From the IMG/VR virus record IMGVR_UViG_3300021387_000299, positions 1 through 64,000 of that record: 64,000 nucleotides of DNA; one strand, written 5' to 3'. The position numbers were made by a program, and so were the translations under genes. This stretch comes from a virus (taxonomy: Duplodnaviria > Caudoviricetes). Below the pieces are notes generated by a model. It had not been told where the DNA came from. It worked only from the letters and a program-made list of their open reading frames with translations, and did not search any database. Positions within the stretch are counted from its first letter, which is position 1. Every line of letters starts with the position of its first letter. Below are positions 18,067 through 27,660 of this stretch, piece after piece.

Positions 18067-18969
18067 ATGGCACAGGTTTTGATTACTGATACAAAATTAG
18101 ATAATTTAGCACAAACAGTTAGTAATAAATCTGGCGTAGCATTACCATTAACAATTGATGAAATGGCAACTGCGGTTGCCGGCATTTCAACCGAAGGAAT
18201 TACACCTACAGGCACTATACCTATTACCCAAAATGGCACATATGATGTTACTAATTATGCATCTGCACAAGTCGCTTTACCCTTTAAGCATATATATTTT
18301 TCTAAAGATAATATAACCCCAGCAAATGGAGATATATATTTCAATATTATAGATGAGGTTATTCAATCTGATTCAACTACATCTATAGATGTAATTCCAT
18401 CTGGGTATTTAAGCGATTATCAATATTCTCAATTTAGTAGCCCATCTAATTTTTATACAGATGCATCATCAAATACATATGCAACTGTTCGTGCTACAGG
18501 TGGAAATAGTGCTGAAACATACATATATTTTACATTTGATACATCTGCTTTACCTCCTGTATTTTATGCAGCGTCTGTATCTGCTACAATTAAAATGCAT
18601 CAAAGAGCATATAGTAGCTCTTTTCAACAAGCATATTTTGTAATATGTCTAGATGAAAAAGAAATTGACGAAACAAGAGTAACTTTTAGATATAGTGATT
18701 CAGCAACTACAATAACTATTCCAACAACGAGTATCCCCGATTGAGATGGAAGCGAAAGACTTTCTTTAAAATTTTATGTTCAAAAAACCAGTAGTGATGG
18801 AACTACTTATCGTTCAATTGACTTATACGGTGCAAATTTAAAAATTAATTATTCTACCACTCCAAGTTATTTAACTTCTGTAATAACAGAAAAATATAAT
18901 GGAACAGACTGAATTCCGACTTCTTTTAATAATACTATCGCAATAAATAATAATTTCATAAGGAAATAG
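18067..18969 (+). CDS. tail/baseplate-associated protein, 2 in-frame TGA
   Basis: ITQNGTYDVTNYASA motif; TGA at 18742, 18910 (YNGTD*IP). Confidence 0.8.
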
Positions 18970-18983
18970 AAAGGAGAAAATAA

Positions 18984-19193
18984 ATGGCGCAAGTTTTAAT
19001 TACAGATACTAAACTCAATAGTTTAGCTAACGCTATTGCCGAAAAAGCCGGAATTGAAGCTCCTTTAACTATACAGCAAATGGAAGATGCAATTGAAGCT
19101 TTAAGTTGGGCAATATATTATACTGGTTCATCAGAACCAAACAACTCCCAAGGAAATAATGGAGATATTTATCTACAAACAGAATCTGAATAA
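18984..19193 (+). CDS. small tail protein, N-terminal paralogue of 18067
   Basis: MAQVLITDTKL shared; YTGSSEP..GNNGDIYLQT. Confidence 0.8.
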   Translation: MAQVLITDTKLNSLANAIAEKAGIEAPLTIQQMEDAIEALSWAIYYTGSSEPNNSQGNNGDIYLQTESE

Positions 19194-19207
19194 GGAGAAA
19201 TTAAGTT

Positions 19208-19858
19208 ATGGCAACTATTACTGAAACTTTTCATCCTGTTGGTATCGAAGTTCTTGATGCTAGTGGAAATTCAATAGAAGTAACTAATTCAGAACGATTT
19301 ATTGGGGAAACATCTGGTGCAACAACATCAAGTAATTATGGACAATATTATTTGGAACCTGGAAGTTCAGCAGAAACTTTTGGCTGAATACAATTTGATT
19401 GTAGCTCTATTCCAGCTAATGCCATTATTACTGAAGTAACGGGTAAATTTAAAATATATTCATCAGGAAGCGCAACTTACATTTCTCCTCGTCAATTACG
19501 TTTATATTATAATAATAGAACTGATACTAAAGGATTTTCTGTTAATCAAGTGTCAAGTTCAGCTGTAATGGATTTAGATTGCGGAACTAATTGAACCAGA
19601 GAAATGCTAGATGATTTAGAATTAAGAATATATTCAAAACGAACTTCTAGAAATGTTACATCTAATTATTATGTTCGTATTTATGGCGTTGATATTACTA
19701 TTACTTATGAAATACCCAATAATTCTGGATTATTTGTAAAACAAAATGGAATTTGAACTCCAATTTCAAAAATTTATCTTAAAACAAATGGCTCTTGAGT
19801 TGAACAAGAACCTACATACCTATCTGATAATAATATAAAATATTTAAAGCGCGGCTAA
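19208..19858 (+). CDS. tail-associated protein, 216 aa, 4 in-frame TGA (absent from ORF track)
   Basis: RBS aaggag; FDCSSIPANAII; KQNGI*TPISKIYLKTNGS*VEQ; TGA at 19385, 19592, 19754, 19796. Confidence 0.85.
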
Positions 19859-19916
19859 AATATTTAGTTTGACTTTAACATATGTATTATGTTAAAATAC
19901 AAAAAAGGAGAAAAAT

Positions 19917-20366
19917 ATGCAAGCAATTATTAATAATGTATCTTATCACGTTTTAGGTCATTACGCAGAACAAGGCGGCATGGCTCGTCTAATTCTTCAA
20001 GGTAAGGATATTTCTTTCGATGAATTACAGACCAATATTGAAGAAGCGGAAGAAATTCTGATTACAAATGAGACAGATCAAATCGTAGCTACATATGTTG
20101 GTTATACTAAGATTCGTCAACTTTCTATAACTTTAACAGAAGACAATCAATTTCAAATTGAGCTTGCGCTAGAGGCAGAAAATGTTATTGCATCTGTAGA
20201 AAACGCTCAAAAGAAAATCATGAATAATACTCAAGCAATTGAAAATCTTTCTAGCTCAATTGAAGAAATTAGAGAACAATTGGCTTCTATTCAAGAATCT
20301 ATCAAAACAATTCTTAATTCAAACTCTTCTGAAAATGAATTAATTGTCGAAGAACCTGCTGAATAA
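19917..20366 (+). CDS. hypothetical coiled-coil protein
   Basis: RBS aaggag. Confidence 0.75.
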   Translation: MQAIINNVSYHVLGHYAEQGGMARLILQGKDISFDELQTNIEEAEEILITNETDQIVATYVGYTKIRQLSITLTEDNQFQIELALEAENVIASVENAQKKIMNNTQAIENLSSSIEEIREQLASIQESIKTILNSNSSENELIVEEPAE

Positions 20367-20368
20367 TT

Positions 20369-20399
20369 AAAAATCCCCGTGCTTTACGGGGATTTTTTT
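20369..20399 (+). terminator. intrinsic terminator
   Basis: aaaaatccccgt/acggggattttt. Confidence 0.85.
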
Positions 20400-20455
20400 G
20401 ATTTTTATAAAAATATATTATAAAATTAATATGTAAAAAGGAAAGGAGCATAAAA

Positions 20456-20779
20456 ATGAAAAATGAAAATGTTTTAACTCCAGAACAGCAAAAACAAATT
20501 TGGGACATTGCTGGAGAAGCTTGCTCCAAAACGCCAAAACTTAAATTTGAAACTTGTTATACAACAACTTTATTATATTATTTAACTCAATTTTGTGAAT
20601 ATAAAATAAGCAATATTCCACCTTATTACAGAAATACAGTGGAATTATTATATAAAAATCCTAAAAGTTCTTATTTGCATTACTGGCACAATATTATGTA
20701 CTCTAACAACGTATATGCAAAAGCAATTAAAAAAGCAGAAATTCAAGTGATGGGAGATGATCCAAGATGTCCATGGTAA
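20456..20779 (+). CDS. hypothetical protein
   Basis: RBS aaggag. Confidence 0.7.
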   Translation: MKNENVLTPEQQKQIWDIAGEACSKTPKLKFETCYTTTLLYYLTQFCEYKISNIPPYYRNTVELLYKNPKSSYLHYWHNIMYSNNVYAKAIKKAEIQVMGDDPRCPW

Positions 20780-21558
20780 TTGATAGATTAAATACTCACT
20801 ACAATTTTGCTAAAGAGAAATTTAATGAAGATAACATCGTCGGATTATTTCTTGTAGGTAGCCAAAATTATGGTACCGACGTTGAAACATCTGATGTTGA
20901 TACAAAGTTAATTATCACTCCAAGTTTATCTGATATTTATGATGGAGCTTCATGCAAAAATAAAACTTATAAAGTTCCAGATAGTAAAGATCAGATGACA
21001 GTAAAAGATGTTAGATCTTTTTTAATGGAATTAAAAAAGCAAAATATTAATATCGTAGAAACTTTATTTACAAACTACTATATTATCAATCCAACATACA
21101 AAAATGCTTGGCAGCCATTAGTAGATAATAAAGAAACTATTGCTCATTATAATTCGATTGCTGCGGTAAGAACAGCAAAAGGCGTTGCTTTTGATTATTA
21201 TAGCAGACTTTATAATGAGGAAGGAAAAGTAAATCCAAAGCAGGCCGCCAATTTAGTTAGATTAGAATACTTTTTACGACAATATATCAACGGAAAATCA
21301 TATGCAGATTGCATTCATCCAAAAGATGAAGCATTAGAATATATTAAACAAATCCGTGCTGGACAGTTAGGTAATTCTTCAATGTCAATCATTGCAGAAT
21401 CTAATATGAATGCGATCAAAGCCTTAGCTGACGCATATGTTCAGAATCCTAATTTAAATGTAAATAATCCAGAAATGGATAGATTACTTGCTGACGTTTG
21501 TAAAGAAGTTATTGATACAGCTTTCTTTACAGAATATGCTAGAAATGGAGAAATTTAA
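20767..21558 (+). CDS. Pol-beta superfamily nucleotidyltransferase
   Basis: LVGSQNYG...SDVD motif. Confidence 0.8.
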   Translation: MSMVIDRLNTHYNFAKEKFNEDNIVGLFLVGSQNYGTDVETSDVDTKLIITPSLSDIYDGASCKNKTYKVPDSKDQMTVKDVRSFLMELKKQNINIVETLFTNYYIINPTYKNAWQPLVDNKETIAHYNSIAAVRTAKGVAFDYYSRLYNEEGKVNPKQAANLVRLEYFLRQYINGKSYADCIHPKDEALEYIKQIRAGQLGNSSMSIIAESNMNAIKALADAYVQNPNLNVNNPEMDRLLADVCKEVIDTAFFTEYARNGEI

Positions 21559-22328
21559 TGGAAAATGTTTGGATTATGGGAGATGTCCATGGTGACTGGC
21601 TCCCGATTCGGAATTTTTATGTAAAGCATAAAGGAGAATTACCAAAAGACTATACTAAAAATTTGTTGATTCTTTTGGGTGATGTTGGCGCAAATTACTT
21701 TATGAATAAACGGGATAATGAATTTAAAAATAAGATGGATAAGTATCCATTTACCTATTTCTGTATCCGGGGTAATCATGAAGAGCGGCCTTCGGTATTA
21801 GCTAAAAAGTATCCTTCAGATTGGCATCAGGAAGAGTGGTTTGGCAACTTGGTATGGGTTGAAGACAAGCACCCCAAGATCTTATATGCGCTTGATGAAG
21901 GTGGAGAATATAAAATTAATGGAAAATCAGTTTTAGTGCTTCCTGGCGCATATTCTGTAGATAAAGACTTCCGGGTTACTAATCATTGGAGCTGGTTCCC
22001 TGGTGAACAGATGAGCGCAAGTGAAAAGAATAATATTCTTGGGGCTTTAAAACCGCACTATGATTATATTCTTTCTCATACCTGCCCTATCTCTTGGCAA
22101 ACATATATCTCTGATTTATTCCTTGGCGCAGTTGATCAATCAAAAGTTGATTCTTCAACAGAAGAATTCCTTGAATTGGTCGCACAAAATACCGATTGGA
22201 ATCATTGGTATTTTGGTCATTACCACGATGATCGGAGTTTACCAACCAACGCTAGTATGCTGTTTCATGAAGGAGTTCCCTTTGGAGAATCATTTGCTGA
22301 CTATTGGAAGTCTCAATTGATTTTTTAA
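21558..22328 (+). CDS. calcineurin-like metallophosphoesterase
   Basis: GDVHG, LGD, RGNHE, SHT, FGHYH. Confidence 0.9.
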   Translation: MENVWIMGDVHGDWLPIRNFYVKHKGELPKDYTKNLLILLGDVGANYFMNKRDNEFKNKMDKYPFTYFCIRGNHEERPSVLAKKYPSDWHQEEWFGNLVWVEDKHPKILYALDEGGEYKINGKSVLVLPGAYSVDKDFRVTNHWSWFPGEQMSASEKNNILGALKPHYDYILSHTCPISWQTYISDLFLGAVDQSKVDSSTEEFLELVAQNTDWNHWYFGHYHDDRSLPTNASMLFHEGVPFGESFADYWKSQLIF

Positions 22329-22373
22329 AAAAATAATAATATAATTATTATATAAAGAAAGGGATATAAAAAA

Positions 22374-22952
22374 ATGACAAATATAAAATTGCCAAAAATT
22401 TCTTTTAAAGTAGAAAGGTGGAAATATAACAAAGAACTCCATATTTATGTTTCTAATTATGGTAATTTTTTAGATAATGATAAGAAACCCATCCCTATTA
22501 AAATAGATAACTCTGGATATGTTAGAATAAAAGTTGGAAAAACACTTTATTTAGCTCATCGAGTAGTTATGACAACATGGCGACCAATAATTAATCCAAT
22601 AGGAGCAACTGTTGATCATTTAAACCATAACAAAAGAGATAATTCTTTAAAGAATTTGGAATGGGTTTCAAAAGAAGAAAACATACGCAGAGCAATTTCT
22701 GATTATGTATTAGATCCAAAAGGCAGTATTGGAAATGCTAGATTTATTATGCAAACATCTTATATTAATTGTATTTCAAAATGGCTTAAACAAGAATACC
22801 ATTTAGAAAAAGGATATAAAAAAATTAATAAAGATATTAGAGATTCTATAAATTCTGGCGAACCATACTGTGGATATAATTTTATGTATTTAAATGGTCG
22901 TTATACCGTAGTAGAATTTCCAACTTGTGAGGTAATAGAAAATGACGTTTGA
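22374..22952 (+). CDS. HNH homing-type endonuclease
   Basis: VSNYG, AHRVV, VDHLNHNKRDNSLKNLEWV..EEN. Confidence 0.85.
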   Translation: MTNIKLPKISFKVERWKYNKELHIYVSNYGNFLDNDKKPIPIKIDNSGYVRIKVGKTLYLAHRVVMTTWRPIINPIGATVDHLNHNKRDNSLKNLEWVSKEENIRRAISDYVLDPKGSIGNARFIMQTSYINCISKWLKQEYHLEKGYKKINKDIRDSINSGEPYCGYNFMYLNGRYTVVEFPTCEVIENDV

Positions 22953-23967
22953 TGAAAAGATTGATAAAATTGTAAAAGAAGCTAAAAATGGCATCGTAGA
23001 AGATTCAATTATTACAGATACATTTGATACAGATGAAGATATTGAAAATGCGTATGATACGTTATATAATGCAAATATTCAGATTGCTCCTTCAGATTTC
23101 TATAAAAATAATGTCGATGATTTGAAATTTAAATCTGTTGCTGATTCTACTAAAATCTATATGCGTCAGATTCATACTATCCCTCTTTTAAGTCCAGAAC
23201 AAGAATTAGATTTAGCCAAGAAAATTGCAGCTGGTAACAAGGAAGCAAGAAACAAATTAGTTGAATCTAATTTGCGCTTAGTGGCTTCAATAGCTAGAAC
23301 ATATATTGGTAAAAGCACACTTTCTTTTCTTGATCTTGTCCAGGAAGGAAGCAAAGGGTTGATCAAGGCTGCTGACACTTATGATTATACAACAGGCAAT
23401 AAATTCTCTACATATGCATATTATTGGATTAGACAGGCAATTACTCGTGCCATTGCTGACCAAAACAACACAATCCGCACACCAGTTCATGTTGTAGAAG
23501 CTCTTTCGAAAATTTCAAAAGCAAGGACAGAATTAACTCAGACTCTTGGTCGTAAACCAACAGTAGCAGAAATTGCCAAAGCAACGGATTTAACTGAGGA
23601 AAAGGTTATCACTTATTCTGCCGCAAGAAAGAACCCTCTTTCTATAGATAAAACTTTAACTGACGAAGACGACGCGGATCTTACTGATATTATTCCAGAT
23701 ACAAATCAAGAAACTCCAGAAGAAGCAGTTAGACGTTCTGTTACAAGAGAGTTGATAGATGAGGTACTGGACACTCTTTCTGAAAGAGAAAAATTGATTA
23801 TCGTAAAGCGTTTCGGATTGGATGATGGCGTTGCTCATACTCTCAAGGATATTGGAGAAGAGCTTGGAGTTACTAGAGAGCGTATTCGTCAAATTGAAGA
23901 AAAAGCTATGCGGAAGTTAAGAAATCCAATTCGCGCAAATCAGTTGAAAGAAAGGATTATGGGATAA
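22942..23967 (+). CDS. RpoD-like sigma70 factor
   Basis: NLRLV, DLVQEG, KFSTYAYYWIRQAI, TIRTPVH, GVTRERIRQIE. Confidence 0.95.
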   Translation: MTFDEKIDKIVKEAKNGIVEDSIITDTFDTDEDIENAYDTLYNANIQIAPSDFYKNNVDDLKFKSVADSTKIYMRQIHTIPLLSPEQELDLAKKIAAGNKEARNKLVESNLRLVASIARTYIGKSTLSFLDLVQEGSKGLIKAADTYDYTTGNKFSTYAYYWIRQAITRAIADQNNTIRTPVHVVEALSKISKARTELTQTLGRKPTVAEIAKATDLTEEKVITYSAARKNPLSIDKTLTDEDDADLTDIIPDTNQETPEEAVRRSVTRELIDEVLDTLSEREKLIIVKRFGLDDGVAHTLKDIGEELGVTRERIRQIEEKAMRKLRNPIRANQLKERIMG

Positions 23968-23969
23968 TC

Positions 23970-24242
23970 ATGTTTAAAAAGATTATTATTTCAATGTGCG
24001 TAGTATTAACTTTAATGGGATGTTCAGATGTTGAAATTCAAAAAAAGAATATTGCGGGTCCAGAATCAGATTTAATTTTTATTAAAGACAACACCAATGG
24101 GCCTAATAGCTGTTGCTGCTATGTCATACATAAACCAACTAATGTGGTATATTTAGAATATAGTCGTGGTATCACTGTTATGTTAAATCCAGATGGAACT
24201 CCAATTACTGCAGACCAGCTTGAAATTGATATTGAAAAATAA
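23970..24242 (+). CDS. lipoprotein
   Basis: Signal peptide with LMGC lipobox. Confidence 0.7.
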   Translation: MFKKIIISMCVVLTLMGCSDVEIQKKNIAGPESDLIFIKDNTNGPNSCCCYVIHKPTNVVYLEYSRGITVMLNPDGTPITADQLEIDIEK

Positions 24243-24256
24243 GAAAGGGTAAATTA

Positions 24257-24655
24257 ATGAAAAAATTTATTGCTATTTTATTCGCACTGTTTTGTTTGTG
24301 TGGATGTACTGAAGCAGATAGGGTGACATACAATATCCGTCAAGACGCAGATAATTTCAATGTTAGAAGAAAGGTTGTTGCACTAAACACAAGAACCAAT
24401 GAAGCATTATTTACAGTTGAAGGATTAATCTCTATTAGTTCAGATGCGGACGGAGATTTAAATGTCACTATTCGCACAGGAGAAGATGAATATAAATTAT
24501 TTTATGCTCATCTTAGTAATGATGTGACTTATACATGTATTCAGCTTGAACCTGATCATGTTACACCATATGCCTATAATATTTCATTCTTTCCAGCAAA
24601 AGAAGTATTGGAACATGGGTTATTCGATATAGTATCATCAGAGGGACACGATTAA
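24257..24655 (+). CDS. lipoprotein
   Basis: LCGC lipobox; EADRVTYNI..ADNFNVRR phage lipoprotein motif. Confidence 0.75.
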   Translation: MKKFIAILFALFCLCGCTEADRVTYNIRQDADNFNVRRKVVALNTRTNEALFTVEGLISISSDADGDLNVTIRTGEDEYKLFYAHLSNDVTYTCIQLEPDHVTPYAYNISFFPAKEVLEHGLFDIVSSEGHD

Positions 24656-24727
24656 GTGTCCCTTTTTTTATTTTTTATAAAATATATGATATAATATATA
24701 TATAAAGTAAAGAAAGGAAATAACAAT

Positions 24728-25111
24728 ATGAGTTATTGTAGTAGCGTGGGAATTGTTTATGGTTATCAAGTAAAAGATACAGAAATTGATTGGGATTATA
24801 TTACAGAGAAGTATAAAAAGGAAATGGAAGAAGATGGCTATAAAAATGACGTTAGAGGATATTTTTATGGGAATCTTATTAATAGTGACTATTGGCATTA
24901 TTCTTCATATTTCGGAGAGAATTTTGATGAAAGTGGCGTTTTTGGTGATGTATTAGAATATTATAGTGGATATAATGTAACAGTTTTTGATCCAAATATC
25001 TTGATTATTAGTGATAAAAGAAAAGAAAGAATCACAAAGGATTTCAAAGAAACATTTCCATTTATTTCTGACAAAGAACCCGATTATTATGTATTAGTAA
25101 GCTATGACTAA
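24728..25111 (+). CDS. hypothetical protein
   Basis: RBS aagga. Confidence 0.7.
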   Translation: MSYCSSVGIVYGYQVKDTEIDWDYITEKYKKEMEEDGYKNDVRGYFYGNLINSDYWHYSSYFGENFDESGVFGDVLEYYSGYNVTVFDPNILIISDKRKERITKDFKETFPFISDKEPDYYVLVSYD

Positions 25112-25152
25112 TAATTAAATTAATAAAGAAAGGATTAAGGTGATTTTGTTGA

Positions 25153-25368
25153 ATGACAACTTTTGAAAACCATCAATTTTATTGTACAAAGTGCGGAAAT
25201 AGGGGGCTTAATGTATGGCGCAACCAGGCTACGCAAAGAGGTAAAGGACATCTTAAGAAGCTCTATTGCTTCCATTGTAAGGAAGAAGTAAATCACTATG
25301 AATGCTATACTTCACAAGATGTAGCAAAGTTCAAGCGAAAGTTTGAAAATGGAGATTTTGATAAGTAA
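25153..25368 (+). CDS. zinc-ribbon protein (L33-like pattern)
   Basis: CTKCG...LKKLYCFHC...H. Confidence 0.65.
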   Translation: MTTFENHQFYCTKCGNRGLNVWRNQATQRGKGHLKKLYCFHCKEEVNHYECYTSQDVAKFKRKFENGDFDK

Positions 25369-25387
25369 TTAAAGAAAGGAAAAACAT

Positions 25388-25594
25388 ATGTCTTTAGTTT
25401 ATGGATCTGTAATATTTTCTGCAATTCTTATGGCTTTATTTATGATAATGTGCGGGATCTTGCTTTGGCGAAATAACAAGTTAGAAAATGAAAATGCCGT
25501 ACTAAATATGAAGCTTAGAATTATTAGAGAAGAGCTTGATAGGATAATGGCTGATTATGACGGCTCCGACCGGAAGCAGGCCTCTCTGCCGTAG
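25388..25594 (+). CDS. small membrane protein
   Basis: N-terminal TM helix plus coiled coil. Confidence 0.65.
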   Translation: MSLVYGSVIFSAILMALFMIMCGILLWRNNKLENENAVLNMKLRIIREELDRIMADYDGSDRKQASLP

Positions 25595-25713
25595 TCTTGA
25601 ATTAAAATAGCCTTGGGAATTTTTGAGCGGGGATTTTCCTCTCCGCTCTTTTTGGCGTATATTTGATTTTAATATATATTTTTGGTATAATCTTATAAAG
25701 GAGTATAATAATT

Positions 25714-26178
25714 ATGAAAGAACCTATTTTTTACTATAAAGATGGATATGCGAAATGTACAGCAGAAGATGATATGGGGCGAAAATTTATTGGTGAAGCG
25801 TGGTGCGCAGAAGAAGATAAAGATTTCGAAAGCATGATTATGGGATCTACTATTGCAGAAATGCGCGCACAAATTGCTGCCGCAAGGACATATCGAGATG
25901 ATTTAAAAATAAAACTTAAAGCGTTAAAACAACTCTATTATTCAATGAAAATGAGCAAACAATTTAATCCCAAAAGCTATGAGAATATTATGCTACATAG
26001 ACAAATTAGACTTTTAGAAAATGATCTTTCTATTGCTAAACATCAATTAGCAGTATTAAAACTTGATTTATATGACTATATCAATGATAAAGACTTTTAT
26101 CATCAGCGTATAAGAAAAATGAGGGCAGAAAATGTTGACATGCATGATGACGAACAGCGTCCAGTGAGCGCGCAATAA
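25714..26178 (+). CDS. hypothetical protein
   Basis: RBS aaggag; own promoter. Confidence 0.75.
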   Translation: MKEPIFYYKDGYAKCTAEDDMGRKFIGEAWCAEEDKDFESMIMGSTIAEMRAQIAAARTYRDDLKIKLKALKQLYYSMKMSKQFNPKSYENIMLHRQIRLLENDLSIAKHQLAVLKLDLYDYINDKDFYHQRIRKMRAENVDMHDDEQRPVSAQ

Positions 26179-26677
26179 ACATTTAAATCCAAAAGGAATT
26201 GTAATTCATTCTTCTGGAAGAAAAAATCCATATTTGCGGCGATACGTTCAACCCAGCGAATCTGATCCACAATTTAAAGAACTTCAAGAGATACTTGGTA
26301 CAAATAAGAAAAAGGTTGACTGGAATCACCGTCGTACCCAGCATAACTTTCACTATTGGATCGGCAAAACCGCAGATAAAAAGGTTATACCCATTCAGAC
26401 CTTTCCTTTAACAATAAGAACTTGACTGAATGATAATTATATTCATATTTGTATATGTGAAGATAGTCTTAAAGATAAAAAATATTTAAAGGAATGTTTA
26501 GTAGAATTAATTTTCTTATGCGAAGATTTGTGTAGACAATTTAACTGAGGAATTGATAAAATCTATGACAATTCTGAAATATCCGATCTTACCCCAGATT
26601 CGAATTATTGACTAGAAAAATATGGATACAGTATTGATTGAGTTCGAAGCGAAGTAGATAAAAATTTGACAAAATAA
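26132..26677 (+). CDS. N-acetylmuramoyl-L-alanine amidase (Amidase_2)-like protein, 5 in-frame TGA
   Basis: PKGIVIHSSG..NPYLRRYVQP, HYWIGK.AD, IQTFP...T*, ICEDSL; TGA at 26165, 26423, 26546, 26609, 26639. Confidence 0.75.
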
Positions 26678-26732
26678 AAAATTTTCGGTATAATTACTTT
26701 ATAAGGTTTCGACAAAAAAAAGAGGTTAAAAA

Positions 26733-27395
26733 ATGTTCACTATATATACAGATGGATCAACAAGAATTAAAAATAAAAAAGGCGAAAATAATATAGGCGG
26801 TTTTGGATATGTAGTATATGATAAATCTGGTTATATAGTAGACGCATATTCGGAACAAGTTCAAAATACAACTAATAATAGAATGGAACTTCAAGCATTA
26901 TATGAAGTTATTAAAAAATATGGATCTGAAAGCATTTTTGGTGCAAGCATTGTCTATACCGATTCTACATATGCAATGAAATGTATTACAGAATGGGCTG
27001 ATGTGTGGGATAAAAATAATTGGAAAACAAGTAAAGGGACTCCAGTAGAAAATCAAGATTTAATTAAACCCATGTATGATTTATATTGGAGAGATCATTT
27101 TATTGTTATTAAAAAATGTAGCGGACATTCTGGAATTGAAGGCAATGAATTAGCCGATAAACTTGCTACTGGATTATTAACCGCAGATGAAGTATATTAT
27201 AGTGATACTAAAAATAAAATACCCAATCAAGAGTATCTTACAGGAAATAGTAATTGGAAAGCAGATTCAAAATTTAAGGATGACCCTCAATATTGGATAA
27301 CAGGAATTGAGGATGGATGGATCTTTCCAAATAAAGCTCTATTAAATTGGTACGAACAATATAAAAAAGAAAATAACAAAAACGAAGAAGAGTAA
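26733..27395 (+). CDS. rnhA: ribonuclease HI
   Basis: YTDGS, TNNRMEL, TDSTY, GHSG..GNELADKLA; promoter TTGACA-17-TATAAT at 26666-26694. Confidence 0.95.
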   Translation: MFTIYTDGSTRIKNKKGENNIGGFGYVVYDKSGYIVDAYSEQVQNTTNNRMELQALYEVIKKYGSESIFGASIVYTDSTYAMKCITEWADVWDKNNWKTSKGTPVENQDLIKPMYDLYWRDHFIVIKKCSGHSGIEGNELADKLATGLLTADEVYYSDTKNKIPNQEYLTGNSNWKADSKFKDDPQYWITGIEDGWIFPNKALLNWYEQYKKENNKNEEE

Positions 27396-27468
27396 GTCAA
27401 GAAGAAAAAATCTTGACTTTTTTAATTGTTTTTGATATAATAATTATATATGAAATAGAGGTTAAACA

Positions 27469-27660
27469 ATGGCAAAAATTCCTTTAAAAATGGTTTTAAA
27501 GTCATATGTAATAGCACAAACAGGACCTTCAGATAAAAAAGAGTTTCATTTTATGGATTATTATGAACCTTTTGAATATGAAGGAAAAATGTGGAAAGTG
27601 ATTGAATTATATGATGATCATACAATGCTTGTTGAGGAGATAGAAAATGACAGTAAATAA
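27469..27660 (+). CDS. hypothetical protein
   Basis: RBS gaggt. Confidence 0.65.
   Translation: MAKIPLKMVLKSYVIAQTGPSDKKEFHFMDYYEPFEYEGKMWKVIELYDDHTMLVEEIENDSK

Noticed and set aside
13594-19858. Fragmented ORFs as pseudogenes or sequencing errors
   Set aside because: Every break checked is an in-frame TGA, often at a motif Trp, with no frameshift or TAA/TAG
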